Below are positions 45,446 to 55,861 of a DNA stretch of 64,000 bases, one piece after another. The translations under genes and the position numbers were made by a program. The notes under the pieces were generated by a model. That model saw nothing but the letters and a program-made list of their open reading frames with translations, was not told where the DNA came from and made no database searches. Source of the stretch: a virus (lineage: Duplodnaviria > Caudoviricetes); IMG/VR virus record IMGVR_UViG_3300045741_000104, positions 2,039 through 66,038 of that record. One strand, given 5' to 3'. Every line of letters starts with the position of its first letter. The first letter of the stretch is position 1.

Positions 45446-46020
45446 CCATGCAGGACTACGAAAAGGTTGGGGGCCTGCTGGTCCCTGTAAAGGACAGCGC
45501 CAAGGGCTCTGGCCTGTATACCGGAACCATCATCAAGGGCGGTTACTTTGACGACGATGGCGTCTGGCACCGCGGCAAGAACATCGTCGATCATTTCGAG
45601 TTCGAGAATATCGTGGTCGATCAGGGCCTGACCTCGATGCTCGGCGTTTACCTTCACGCTGATACGCAGATCGCAAACTGGTTCTGCGGCTTGTTCGAAG
45701 GGAACTACACGCCGGTCGGAACCGTCACCGCTGCCACCATAGCTTCAGCTTCGACTGAGACGACGGCCTACACCAGCGCCACGCGCGTTGCGTATGTGCC
45801 TGCGGCGGCTGCGGCGAAGGCGATCACCAACGCGGCCAGTCGCGCTGACTTCATCTTCAACGCGACCAAGACGCTTTACGGTGCGTTCCTGATCTCGGAT
45901 AGCACCAAGAGCGGCACGGCTGGCACGCTGTTCTCGGTGGCGCGCTTCGGGTCGTCCAAGGTGGTGAACGATACGGACGAGCTGCTGCTCACCTACGCAT
46001 ACGCTCTGTCCTCATCGTAA
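45442..46020 (+). CDS. Putative tail structural protein
   Basis: ENIVVDQG, YGAFL and GTLFS..RF pattern of virion proteins. Confidence 0.6.
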   Translation: MTMQDYEKVGGLLVPVKDSAKGSGLYTGTIIKGGYFDDDGVWHRGKNIVDHFEFENIVVDQGLTSMLGVYLHADTQIANWFCGLFEGNYTPVGTVTAATIASASTETTAYTSATRVAYVPAAAAAKAITNAASRADFIFNATKTLYGAFLISDSTKSGTAGTLFSVARFGSSKVVNDTDELLLTYAYALSSS

Positions 46021-46031
46021 GGTAATTCAAG

Positions 46032-47900
46032 ATGGCGAAGGACCCATACTGGAGCAACGTCGTTTGCTTGATGCACGGGAACGACTTCCATGAAGTCGTG
46101 ACCAATCTCGACGCGTCTTCAGTTGGGTCCCCAACCATTGACCCCGCCGTATCACCATTTGGCGGGGGGTCACTTCGCCTGACTGCTGGCAACTATATAA
46201 CCCTGCCCTACAGCAGCCACTGGGATTTCGGCCCCGACCCATTCACCATTGAATTTTGCGTCAAGTTCAATGGGGATATGAACGGCAAGACGTTGATGGG
46301 CGCTTATCTGGCTGGCGGCGCTTATTGGAACATCTATGTCGGGTGGAATAACTGGCTGGAGTTCCAGTGGTTCGACGGGTCTACATCACACACTACGAAT
46401 TTAGGCGGTGCCGGGATAGCATCAAGCTGGATCGCGTTCTGCATCCAACGGGATGCGCTCGGGGCGGTTATGATCTGGGCGAATTTTGTTGGTAGCTCGT
46501 CCGTCAATAGCCCTAATACGACGAGTTCGTGGGGATACAACATCGTCACTGGTGGGTCTAACCTGTCCATCGGGTCGCCTGATGTCGATGTATGGGTCAG
46601 CGAATTGCGGATCACGAAGGGGGTATCGCGGTATACTAACCTTGAAGGGTCTTACCTGATCCCGACCGCGCCGTTCCCTAATACAGATCACGAAATTTAC
46701 GAGGATGTGGTAAGTGAGACACCATTCATTTCTGCATATCTAGGCACTGGCAACATTCTTTTTGATGAGCTGGATGAGCTGATGGGCTCAGCCGCGTCTA
46801 TCGTTGTAAGCTACCCACGCGTGGCGTCAGACAACATCATCATCACCGATCCACCCCTTATTGCGACACGAGGGAGGGTTGTGACCGCCAGCGATACGGT
46901 GGTGGCCACAACCTCGATGAGCGTGACCCTTGGGTCGATCCTCGCCGACTTCGCTACGCTGGCCGATAGCATCGGGGTAGCGGCTAGGTATCATCTGGCG
47001 CTATCTGAACTTGCTGGCCTACAAGACGCCTTGCTGGCAGGCAAGCCGATCAGCGTGTCAGATGCTGTTGGCGTCACGCACGCGCTCTCGGTCCTTCAAG
47101 GCATAACGGTCGCCGAAAAGATCGGTATCAGCGAGCTGCTGAACTACCCGGTGAAATTCGGCCTCTCCCTGAGAGACACAATCAGCACCTACGACGCGCT
47201 GAACAACTTTCTGCACTTTGAACTCTCCGAGACGATCACCGTTCAGGAGACGATGAGCGCCCTCTCGCGGCACTTCACGGCGCTGAGCGAGGCCATAACC
47301 GCCAGCGACACCATCACACCGCACGCGGTCCTCTGCGTCGAGGCCCATGACGAGGGCATCTTCAGCGACGACTTCAGTCTCAAGATGATCTATCGCCCCG
47401 AGATCAGGGAGCAGATCAACTTTCGCATGGTGCTGGCCACACCGGACGGTGGCATCACGGCGTGGACGGTGAACACCCGCACAGGGGCGGTGACGGAGTA
47501 TGAAAACTTCAACTTCAACTCCTTTGCTCAGTCGGGGGCGCATTACATTGCAGCCTCCGACGACGGGCTTTACGTCCTCGACGGGACGGATGACAACGGC
47601 GTGCCTACGTCAGCCCATCTCAAATCCGGCTATGCCCAATTCGGCGGTTCGCGCTTCGTCTCCTTCAAGGCAGCTTACCTCGGTATCCGAGGCGCTGGCG
47701 GAATTTACCTGAAGCTGGATACCGGCGACGGCAAGACCTACACCTACAAGGCAGTGATCCAGAACCAGCAGTCCACCAAGGTGCTGTTCGGCAAGGGCCT
47801 GCGCGCTCGTTATTTCACGTTCGAGCTGATCTCTGACGGCGGGGACTGGGACCTCGACAGCGTCGAGTTCATTCCGTTGGTGGCGCAGCGGAGGGTCTGA
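46032..47900 (+). CDS. Tail protein with an N-terminal LamG/concanavalin-like domain
   Basis: DPYWSNVVCLMH, FGGGS, FTIEF, ELRITKGVSRYT and PTAPFP. Confidence 0.75.
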   Translation: MAKDPYWSNVVCLMHGNDFHEVVTNLDASSVGSPTIDPAVSPFGGGSLRLTAGNYITLPYSSHWDFGPDPFTIEFCVKFNGDMNGKTLMGAYLAGGAYWNIYVGWNNWLEFQWFDGSTSHTTNLGGAGIASSWIAFCIQRDALGAVMIWANFVGSSSVNSPNTTSSWGYNIVTGGSNLSIGSPDVDVWVSELRITKGVSRYTNLEGSYLIPTAPFPNTDHEIYEDVVSETPFISAYLGTGNILFDELDELMGSAASIVVSYPRVASDNIIITDPPLIATRGRVVTASDTVVATTSMSVTLGSILADFATLADSIGVAARYHLALSELAGLQDALLAGKPISVSDAVGVTHALSVLQGITVAEKIGISELLNYPVKFGLSLRDTISTYDALNNFLHFELSETITVQETMSALSRHFTALSEAITASDTITPHAVLCVEAHDEGIFSDDFSLKMIYRPEIREQINFRMVLATPDGGITAWTVNTRTGAVTEYENFNFNSFAQSGAHYIAASDDGLYVLDGTDDNGVPTSAHLKSGYAQFGGSRFVSFKAAYLGIRGAGGIYLKLDTGDGKTYTYKAVIQNQQSTKVLFGKGLRARYFTFELISDGGDWDLDSVEFIPLVAQRRV

Positions 47901-49723
47901 TGTCTCGGTTCGCCGCTGATTTTCTCCCCCTATCCGCTGGCGACCTATTCGACATGAGCGGTGAAATGCCGCCGGCGCTGCGCGTCATCATGAATGTCCC
48001 ACCTGATTACGAAGGCGGCGTCTTCAAGTTCGGGCGAGGAGGAAGCGATGTAGAGGAACGGGAGCGGTTCGAAACCCAAGACAAGCTGAAGGAAATCCTG
48101 ATCGAGAGATACAGGAACCAGTGTCAGGCTCGTCTGGCGGGCATCCGCAGGAACAGGAAGCTCAGCATCATCAGCGTCGTCAGGCAGACGGTCGAAGTCG
48201 ATGATGGCGTCACTATGGAGTATGAGAGCCTGTGGGGGCGCGAGTATGTCACGCTGATATTCCAAGAGCGGTTGGTTCGGAAGCTCCTTGATCTGCTCAG
48301 CGGCGGCGGGGCGTGCATGCTTGTGCTGTATGGAGAGAACAAGATCGCCGCCATCCCCATGAAGACACTCACGACGCCGAAGGTCGTGTATACGGCGACA
48401 TCTAGGACGAGCTTTGGAACACCGCCACGCTGGTTTCCGTCGTGTGGGCCGGGGTATTATCAGGTCGCTCAGATAAAGCCATCTAAGAATATCCATGCGA
48501 TGTCCACGCAGATTGATTTCAGTGGGCATTCAGTTCAGCCCGCCAACGACTGGTTCATGCAGTATGTCTATAACACCGCCTTTTCCCTGTTTAATAACGC
48601 CCAAGCATGCACACCATTAAAGCGGACTGGCATTACACTTGACTGGGAGCAGGGCGAGATAAGTGATCATGTGATATACGGCTATCACTTGGCGACTTCT
48701 TCGTCGGCCTCTCCCTACGGCTATATGTTCTTCAGTGACTTATCCGTTGGGGAAAACGGCACATCCACATGGGATGACTTCGGATACAGCATCTTTTGGA
48801 AAAGGGAGCATAGAAGCGGCGGGTTAGGTCCCTTATGGGGCGCATGGGAGGTTGGCTTCGGGCCTTACTCAGATGCACCTTGGTGGGTCTATACTGGCCC
48901 CGTGATTAACGTATCTCCCAGCGGGGAGATTTATAATGAGCGTGGAGACGTATTCTCGACAGATAAGACAGGCGGGGTCAAAATCAAGACGCCGGGCGAT
49001 ACTACAAGCACGGTCGAGATTACGAGGCTTGGACTTGATGCCCCGGAAGTGGTCGGGCACCTACCGGGATGGCCTGCTTACGATCCGATCACTTATGCGC
49101 CACTACCAGATATTACTACTAGCTATCTGCTAGCTCTCTCAGTGGGCACAGATGGCAAGATTGCGGATACATGGACTTTCATTGGCGACAGCACGGCCCC
49201 CGCCGTCGATATTCGCCAGCCGATCCTGACGCAGAAGGGGAAGCTCGACATCTTCGACACCAAGGTGAAGTCCGTTTCTGCGGCTGACTTTAAGTCGGCT
49301 GGTGATGGGATTTCTGTCTTTGCGATCAACTTCCCTTACAGCATAAGTGATGACCTCAATAAGCAATGGGCCGTTATGGATGACGGGCAGAATGAGGTCC
49401 GATCCACTAATAAAGAGTATTACGCGTTTGGGTGGGACACAGCGGAGTTTCCTCTACAAAGCTGCAAGATCACCTCTCCTTACGAGAGCTTCGATGCGCC
49501 AGCGGGTAAGTTCGCTTTTCAAGGGTGGCTGCATCTCTCCAACGGCGAGCATATCCTTCAAGCGTTCATTCTCAGAAGCAATCCATCGACGTTCAAACGC
49601 TACATCTACCTTGATGGCAAGGACTATGGGAAGACGCTGGCGGGCGCGCTCAAATGCTCGATTGACGACATTCGGGCGATCTATTTCGACATCAAGCTAT
49701 CCGACATCAAAAAACTGAAGTAA
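47900..49723 (+). CDS. Hypothetical (probable virion) protein
   Basis: TGATG coupling; aromatic beta-rich centre with visibly lower GC. Confidence 0.65.
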   Translation: MSRFAADFLPLSAGDLFDMSGEMPPALRVIMNVPPDYEGGVFKFGRGGSDVEERERFETQDKLKEILIERYRNQCQARLAGIRRNRKLSIISVVRQTVEVDDGVTMEYESLWGREYVTLIFQERLVRKLLDLLSGGGACMLVLYGENKIAAIPMKTLTTPKVVYTATSRTSFGTPPRWFPSCGPGYYQVAQIKPSKNIHAMSTQIDFSGHSVQPANDWFMQYVYNTAFSLFNNAQACTPLKRTGITLDWEQGEISDHVIYGYHLATSSSASPYGYMFFSDLSVGENGTSTWDDFGYSIFWKREHRSGGLGPLWGAWEVGFGPYSDAPWWVYTGPVINVSPSGEIYNERGDVFSTDKTGGVKIKTPGDTTSTVEITRLGLDAPEVVGHLPGWPAYDPITYAPLPDITTSYLLALSVGTDGKIADTWTFIGDSTAPAVDIRQPILTQKGKLDIFDTKVKSVSAADFKSAGDGISVFAINFPYSISDDLNKQWAVMDDGQNEVRSTNKEYYAFGWDTAEFPLQSCKITSPYESFDAPAGKFAFQGWLHLSNGEHILQAFILRSNPSTFKRYIYLDGKDYGKTLAGALKCSIDDIRAIYFDIKLSDIKKLK

Positions 49724-49747
49724 GCTGCGGCGATACAGGAGATACAC

Positions 49748-51589
49748 ATGGCTACCCAGCCCAGACCATTTTTTGTTGATCCGCTGTCCTACCTGTTCGC
49801 AGCTCAGTCCAACGCGTCGAGTGCCGGCTCGTTCGCTGGCACGCTGGCGACGCTGGCCGGGTCCTTAGTCGCGCCGGTCATTACCCCTGTCTTCCCGACT
49901 GGAGCGGCTGCGCCGCCGGTCAACGTGCCGTCGCCGCCCAGCCTGATCACCTTCACATGGAATGTGCCGATAGTGCCGAGCGCCTTCAACCGGACGCTTA
50001 ACATCGACAGCATGTTGCCTGCCCCCTTCGACGGCACGCCGCCCACACTGCTGTTCGGCAAAGCTCCCGACCCGCTTACCGACAAGGCCCCCATCGCACC
50101 TGCGATCAACACGAACTTTACGTTCCCCACCGACCCGTCGATTATCTTCCCGACCGCGCCGAAGCTGCTGTCGATCCAGTCCTACACCTTCGACGGCGTG
50201 ACGATCCCTGCGTTCTCTGGCGACATCAGCGAACTCCAGATCGCGGACCCGCGCGTCGTGCCCTACTACCCCGGCAGCGGGTTTACCTCCAGCCTGTTGA
50301 CCAAGGTGCTGGACACCCTGACCGCCCGTCTTGACGGCGGCACCGGCCTGCCGCCCGATGTGGAGACGGCGATCTGGAACCGAGGGCGCGAGCGCGAAGC
50401 CAAGTCCTTCGCCGACAGCAAGGCCGGTCTGGAGCGGATGGAGAGCCTCGGCTACGCCTTCCCGCCCGGCGTCTTCATTGACGCCAACATCAAGCTGGAA
50501 ACCGAGTTCGCCGCCCAGTCCTACGGCTTCAGCCGCGAGGTCATGATCAAGCAGGCCGAGCTGGAGCAGGCCAACATCAAGCAGGCGCTGGAGCAGGCCA
50601 CCGTCATCGAGAGCCGGCTGATCGACCAGTATAATCAGATCGAACAGCGCGTCCTTGAAGGCGCGAAGTATATGACGCAGGCTAATATTGAGACGTATAA
50701 CGCCAAGGTCAGGGCATACCAAGCCTACTGCGAGGCGTATCGGACGAAGGCGGCGATCTATGACGCTCAGATCAAGGGACTGCTGGCCGAGGTGGAGGTC
50801 TACAAGGCTGAAGTTCAGGCCGAAGAAATCAAGGCTCAAACCAATACAGCCCTCGTCGCCCAGTATAAGACGCAGATCGACGCCCAGCTGGCTCTGGTAG
50901 AGGTCTTCAAGGCCGAGCTGTCCGCGATCCAGACCAAGGCCGAAATTGAGAAGCTCAAGATTGAAATCTATGGCGAGCAGATCAAGGGGTTCGTCGGGAC
51001 CGTGAACGCCTACTCGTCGCAGGTGGATGGCTATAAAGCGACGATTGGGGCCGAGACAGCCAAGATGGAAGCCTACAAGGCCAGCGTGGACGCCTACGCA
51101 GCTGAGGTCGGTGCGCAGGTCAAAGTCATCGACGCCAAAATTCAGGAATACAAGGGCTGGATCGAGGCGAAGCAGAGCGAATACGAAGGCTACAAGGCGG
51201 CGGTCACGGGCGAGAGTTCGCGTATCCAAGGCATCTCGTCGTTCAACACCTCGCAGTCGGCGCTCTACTCGGCGATTGTCAGCGGCACCTCGGCATACAA
51301 CGAGACGCTCACCAAGCAGTGGCAGGTCGCCTACGATCAGGCGCAGCGCACCTCGGACATCGCCAACAACACCGCCAAGATGAACGCCGACCTCTATCTC
51401 CAGTCTCGCGGCATCGCCAGCGAGGCGGCGAAGGTCGGCGCACAGGTCTACTCTCAGTTGGCCGCCGCCTGCCTCAATGCTATCAACTGGAGCACCAGTT
51501 ACTCGGTGTCGAACTCTGGCTCGGACAGCGACAGCCGCAGCACCAGCAACAGCTACAGCACCTCCTACTCTTACTCGGAGAGCCTCTGA
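49748..51589 (+). CDS. Long coiled-coil virion protein
   Basis: AGGAG RBS; Pro-rich N-terminus, then Tyr/Ala periodic helical repeats. Confidence 0.7.
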   Translation: MATQPRPFFVDPLSYLFAAQSNASSAGSFAGTLATLAGSLVAPVITPVFPTGAAAPPVNVPSPPSLITFTWNVPIVPSAFNRTLNIDSMLPAPFDGTPPTLLFGKAPDPLTDKAPIAPAINTNFTFPTDPSIIFPTAPKLLSIQSYTFDGVTIPAFSGDISELQIADPRVVPYYPGSGFTSSLLTKVLDTLTARLDGGTGLPPDVETAIWNRGREREAKSFADSKAGLERMESLGYAFPPGVFIDANIKLETEFAAQSYGFSREVMIKQAELEQANIKQALEQATVIESRLIDQYNQIEQRVLEGAKYMTQANIETYNAKVRAYQAYCEAYRTKAAIYDAQIKGLLAEVEVYKAEVQAEEIKAQTNTALVAQYKTQIDAQLALVEVFKAELSAIQTKAEIEKLKIEIYGEQIKGFVGTVNAYSSQVDGYKATIGAETAKMEAYKASVDAYAAEVGAQVKVIDAKIQEYKGWIEAKQSEYEGYKAAVTGESSRIQGISSFNTSQSALYSAIVSGTSAYNETLTKQWQVAYDQAQRTSDIANNTAKMNADLYLQSRGIASEAAKVGAQVYSQLAAACLNAINWSTSYSVSNSGSDSDSRSTSNSYSTSYSYSESL

Positions 51590-52836
51590 TGGTCAGCCTC
51601 GCAGACAAATACGCCATCCTCGGCCAGCACGCTCAAGCCGACATGATGAGGGCTCAGGCCGAGCAGCAGCGCGCCGCAGCGGGCGCATCCTTCGACCGCG
51701 AGCGCGCGGGCCTTCTGCGCCCGCAGTTCGGCGAGGAGCAGAAGCTCAATCAGGCGAACATCGGCCACCTTGGCGCGCAGACGGATTACATTCGCGGGCC
51801 ACAGACGGCAGCGTCTAACGCCGCGACCGCAGGGCAGCTGATCGAGAACCAGTATATCGGACCCAAAGCGCAGGCCGGCATCAATCTCACCAACGAGCAA
51901 ACTAGCGCTCTAGGTGACACGCGCCGGCGGGCCAGCCAGCGCACTGGTGGCGGGTTTAGCAATCCGTTCAGTGACGAGTTCGGCGACAATGTCCAGAGCT
52001 ACGGCAACGGCTACAAACGCGGCATGGCCCGTGTGCCCGGCAGGGGCTCGCCTAAGAAGGACACAGTCCCGGCCAAACTCGCCCCCGGCGAGGCCGTCCT
52101 GAATGCGCCCGCCGCCGAGATGGCGGGCCGTGGCAATATCGCTGCGCTCAATCGCCGCGGTGCGGGGATGCTGGGGATGCAGCCGGGGCAGGGCAACATG
52201 CCGGGGCACTTCGCCACCGGAACACCGATGGTCGAAGGGCCGGCTTACAGCCTGCCGATCCCCGGTCATCAGTTGCCCGACCCCAACATCCAGTCCGACT
52301 ATCAGCCGCTGCCGGTCGACTTTGAGCCCGCCGGCTACACGCCCGGCTCGATGGGTCCGACGCCGCACACGCCGCACCCGCTGTTCGGTGGCTTCTCCCC
52401 GGCCGGCTATACGCCCGGCTCGATGGGCCCGAGCCAGCGGCAGGCGTCGCCGATCAACAACGGTCGCGCCGGGATGGGCTACACCGCCGGCCACATGGCC
52501 GAGCAGCGCCCGCCCATGAACGCAGCTCCTACGCCTGCCCCCCGCGCAGGGTTCAACGCAGGGCTGCTAGGTCAGGGAGGGCTGCATCAACCGCCGTCCA
52601 ACTTCGCTGCGCCGCAGCCCATCGGCAGGGGCATGCCCGGCGTTCCGACGCCGCCGTCGCGGCCGGCCGATCTGGGCATTGAGCGCGCTAGGGCCGGCAC
52701 CTTCGGTGACGCCTTTGCCGCCGCCCGCAAGGCTGCGGGCGGGGCTGGCGGCATGTTCAGCTATGGCGGCAAGGATTTCCAGACCAACATCAAGGGCGAA
52801 GCCTACCGGCCTACTGGTCAGCTTCGCCGCGTTTGA
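51589..52836 (+). CDS. Putative ejection or internal virion protein (start MVSLADKY)
   Basis: TGATG coupling; VPGRG..KDTVPAKLAPGEAVLN motif; duplicated PAGYTPGSMGP; C-terminal FGDAFAAARK. Confidence 0.6.
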   Translation: MVSLADKYAILGQHAQADMMRAQAEQQRAAAGASFDRERAGLLRPQFGEEQKLNQANIGHLGAQTDYIRGPQTAASNAATAGQLIENQYIGPKAQAGINLTNEQTSALGDTRRRASQRTGGGFSNPFSDEFGDNVQSYGNGYKRGMARVPGRGSPKKDTVPAKLAPGEAVLNAPAAEMAGRGNIAALNRRGAGMLGMQPGQGNMPGHFATGTPMVEGPAYSLPIPGHQLPDPNIQSDYQPLPVDFEPAGYTPGSMGPTPHTPHPLFGGFSPAGYTPGSMGPSQRQASPINNGRAGMGYTAGHMAEQRPPMNAAPTPAPRAGFNAGLLGQGGLHQPPSNFAAPQPIGRGMPGVPTPPSRPADLGIERARAGTFGDAFAAARKAAGGAGGMFSYGGKDFQTNIKGEAYRPTGQLRRV

Positions 52837-55819
52837 ACGGGTTGAACTTCGACACGTTCTTCGGCAGCTCCTCGGGGCGCTCTTTCACACTCGCTTCCAT
52901 AGCGCGGGTCGAGAGCGCCCTGTCCACCGCTCCGCTGATCTCGGGGTGGCTCATGTTGATGGTGAAGCAGGGCGTCATCGCCTTGGCGTGCCGCGTCCGC
53001 GCTCCGAGCATCTTGGTCGCCGACACCGCCGGAATGATCGGCTCCTCGTTCGGAGCCTGTCCCGGCACCCGCTGGTTCAGCGAGTTGAGGACGGTGGTGT
53101 GGTTCGCCCCGATCTTCAGGCAGTAGTCCCTGAAGGCTTTCTTCATCACCCACATGACTTGCAGCTTGGTGTCGTAGCGCGCCGACAGCATCCCCACGAC
53201 ATCGCGGACGACGTTGTCGCTCTCGTCGCCGTTGCGGCCCGGCATGGTGACGAGGATTTGGCCGTTGATCTGCTCCAAGAACTCAGTGAGGATGCCGAGC
53301 GGCGTCGCATACTGGGAGTTGATGACGCCCCGCATGAAGGGCAGTTGGACCTCGACGATCCAGTTGCGCAGCAGGATGATGTTGAACTGCAACAGCCCTA
53401 GCTTGGTGGCGATCTCGCCAGCCACGATAATCACGGCGCAGTAGGCAGACCAGAACCGCTCGGACGGGGCAATCGCGCACTGCGCATCGAGCTGAGCTGA
53501 AACCTCCGTCACGCGCTCCTCGATCTCGGCCTGATGCTGCACGACATACTTGATGAACTCAGGACCGAGGTGGCCGTAATTTTTCTTGAGCTGGCTGATG
53601 TAATTGTCGGCCTGCGTCTTGGTGTGGACGTTGGTGCGCTTGAACGCGACCTCGATGATGCGCATGGAGCCGGCAGTGCCGGCCGAATTATCCGCCGAGA
53701 GCAGCGCGTGCAACGACGAGTTGGCCGTCGTCAACATGATCGTCGATTTCAAACTCTCCAACTGAGGCCGCTGGACGCCGGTGCGGTCAACGCGCACGCG
53801 GGTGTTCGGCTGGGATACGTTCATCGCCATGTTCTTGGCGTCTTGAAGCGGAATATGGGTAATCTCGTCAACGCAGATCGGCAGGTTCGCCAAGGTGTCC
53901 ATGTAGTTGTTGCGAGCCATCATGGTGGCCCCGCTGTTCGTGCCGTTGATCGGGTAGCGATCTGGGTGTCCGTAGAAGGAGGCGGCGGTATAGAGCGTCG
54001 TCGATTTCGAGCAGCCCGCTTCTCCGCTTGCGTTGACGATTGCGCCGTGATGGCCAGTCGCGTGGAAGATGGGAGCCGCCAGAGCGGCGAGGATCATGAA
54101 CTGGTTCGGCAGATAGTCCTTGTGGTTGTAGAACTTCAGCAGCTCGATCTGCTGCTCCAGTGTGCCGGCCTTGCCGACATTCACGCATGTGCGCTGGACA
54201 TTGGTGCTGAGGTGAACCGGCTTCTGCGACCCATCAGCGCAGTAAATTCTGTCTGGCATGATGAACTGCGAGCGGTCGGCCTTCCAGCCCAGATGATTGT
54301 GCTGCGCCTCGGCTTCAGCCTCGCGTTGCAGCTTCTTGATATACGCGACCATATAAGCCTGCACTTTCTGGACTTTACCCTGCTCGGGTATGACGCCCCT
54401 GTTAGAGATTGTGGAGGTGAACTGCGTCTTGTCAAAGAGGAAAGGCACCGGCACGAGGAAGTCGTCGATCTTCCCGCGCGCATCGACCTGACGCCATTGC
54501 GACTGCGTCTCCTCGCGATCACCGTTGACGATGAAGGCCGTGGGGAACAGGTCGTGGTCGTAGATCGGCTCGATGTTGCCGTCGCTCGCCCGGCCGACGC
54601 CGCCGTTCTTCAGTCGGACATAGGGGAACGGCGGGTCGGGGATCACCACCTTCACCGTCTCGTCGCCGACTTCAATCTCTACCTCTGGCGACGGCGCAGA
54701 CTGCGTCGCATGGATTGTGGCCTTGAAAGGCGTCAGGTCCTGCCCCTGATACGCGCAGCCCGCACACCGATCCGCTCCGCACTTCTCCGCAATCTGCGCG
54801 CACCGGAACGGGCCGGTCGGCAGGTTATCCATCGCCGTCTGATAGCCACCTTCGTCAAAGTCGCCCTGCTCGGACCACCACCGGCAGAACTCCGCGCCGC
54901 CGTCGCTGGTGTAGTAGAACAAGCCGAGGCCGATCCGCCACGGCCAATAGCCGAGCCCCTTGATGTTGTTGACCAGCCACTTGGCTTGTGCACAGGTCTG
55001 CGTTAGCGGGATTAGCTCGACCGGCTCCCACTCCTTGGCCGGCTTCTCGTCGATGTTGCCCTTGAAGCCCTTCATGTGCTCAGGCACGACCTTGTGTGGT
55101 GGCATCGTAGTCGACGACGCCGCCGGGCGCACCGCATCGACCGTCACGTTTGCCACCTCGCAAGAGGAGGTCAGCATGGCGATGAACTCCTCGGTCGGGG
55201 TGAACTCGCCCTCGACGAGAACCTTCACCGGGCGCGGCGGGTCGGTCTTGTAGTTGAAGGTGCCGGCGACGCGCAGAACGCTCGCCACATCGGTCGTGCG
55301 GGCCGGATCGATGATCAGGTCATAGTGCTCAGCCAGCGCCCGCAGCCGGGCGGCGTAGACCCGCCACTGGTGGGTCTGGATGCTGTCTTCCAGCAGCCAG
55401 TAGACATGCAGCCCGCCACCCGACTTGACGACCATCGGCGTCGGCAGCAGCGCCTCGTCGCAGAACCGCTGAAGGTCCTCGAAAGCGGCCTTGGCCGTGG
55501 GATACTTGCCATCGCCTTGACCTACATCAAGATCAAAGAAGAAGGCGCGGGCCTCCAGCATGTTGTCTTGGGTTCGGATCGACCACGCGCCCACCTCGCC
55601 GGTCTTGGGGTCGCGCTTGCGCGGGTTCCAGACCCGCTCCTCCTTGAGGGAATGAACGCAGAAGTAGATGTCGCGTCCACCCTGCTTCTCGACGAACTCC
55701 GCAGCCTCGGTGATCGTGGAGTAGACCGTGTGCCACCAGCCCCCGTGGGCCATCTTGATGGCGATGCAATAGAAGCCGTCGTCCGGCCATACCGTGCGTA
55801 AAAAATCAACTGGGTTCAT
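52811..55819 (-). CDS. Primase-helicase (AEP/RepB-like primase, Cys cluster, DUF927 region)
   Basis: FFDLD, SGGGLHVYW, VLRVAGTFNYK, C..C..C, HLGW, GEAGCSKST, CVDEIT and NYGHLG. Confidence 0.88.
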   Translation of the reverse strand: MNPVDFLRTVWPDDGFYCIAIKMAHGGWWHTVYSTITEAAEFVEKQGGRDIYFCVHSLKEERVWNPRKRDPKTGEVGAWSIRTQDNMLEARAFFFDLDVGQGDGKYPTAKAAFEDLQRFCDEALLPTPMVVKSGGGLHVYWLLEDSIQTHQWRVYAARLRALAEHYDLIIDPARTTDVASVLRVAGTFNYKTDPPRPVKVLVEGEFTPTEEFIAMLTSSCEVANVTVDAVRPAASSTTMPPHKVVPEHMKGFKGNIDEKPAKEWEPVELIPLTQTCAQAKWLVNNIKGLGYWPWRIGLGLFYYTSDGGAEFCRWWSEQGDFDEGGYQTAMDNLPTGPFRCAQIAEKCGADRCAGCAYQGQDLTPFKATIHATQSAPSPEVEIEVGDETVKVVIPDPPFPYVRLKNGGVGRASDGNIEPIYDHDLFPTAFIVNGDREETQSQWRQVDARGKIDDFLVPVPFLFDKTQFTSTISNRGVIPEQGKVQKVQAYMVAYIKKLQREAEAEAQHNHLGWKADRSQFIMPDRIYCADGSQKPVHLSTNVQRTCVNVGKAGTLEQQIELLKFYNHKDYLPNQFMILAALAAPIFHATGHHGAIVNASGEAGCSKSTTLYTAASFYGHPDRYPINGTNSGATMMARNNYMDTLANLPICVDEITHIPLQDAKNMAMNVSQPNTRVRVDRTGVQRPQLESLKSTIMLTTANSSLHALLSADNSAGTAGSMRIIEVAFKRTNVHTKTQADNYISQLKKNYGHLGPEFIKYVVQHQAEIEERVTEVSAQLDAQCAIAPSERFWSAYCAVIIVAGEIATKLGLLQFNIILLRNWIVEVQLPFMRGVINSQYATPLGILTEFLEQINGQILVTMPGRNGDESDNVVRDVVGMLSARYDTKLQVMWVMKKAFRDYCLKIGANHTTVLNSLNQRVPGQAPNEEPIIPAVSATKMLGARTRHAKAMTPCFTINMSHPEISGAVDRALSTRAMEASVKERPEELPKNVSKFNPFKRGEADQ

Positions 55820-55861
55820 ACCCCCCCGCTCCCCTGCTCTCCGATGGCGTTTTGAAATCGA

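Noticed and set aside
51319-51588. 5' extensions given by the ORF track (also 42518, 63557, 61209, 57804 and 14143)
   Set aside because: Most extensions overlap upstream genes, and better starts with an RBS or stop-start coupling exist downstream.
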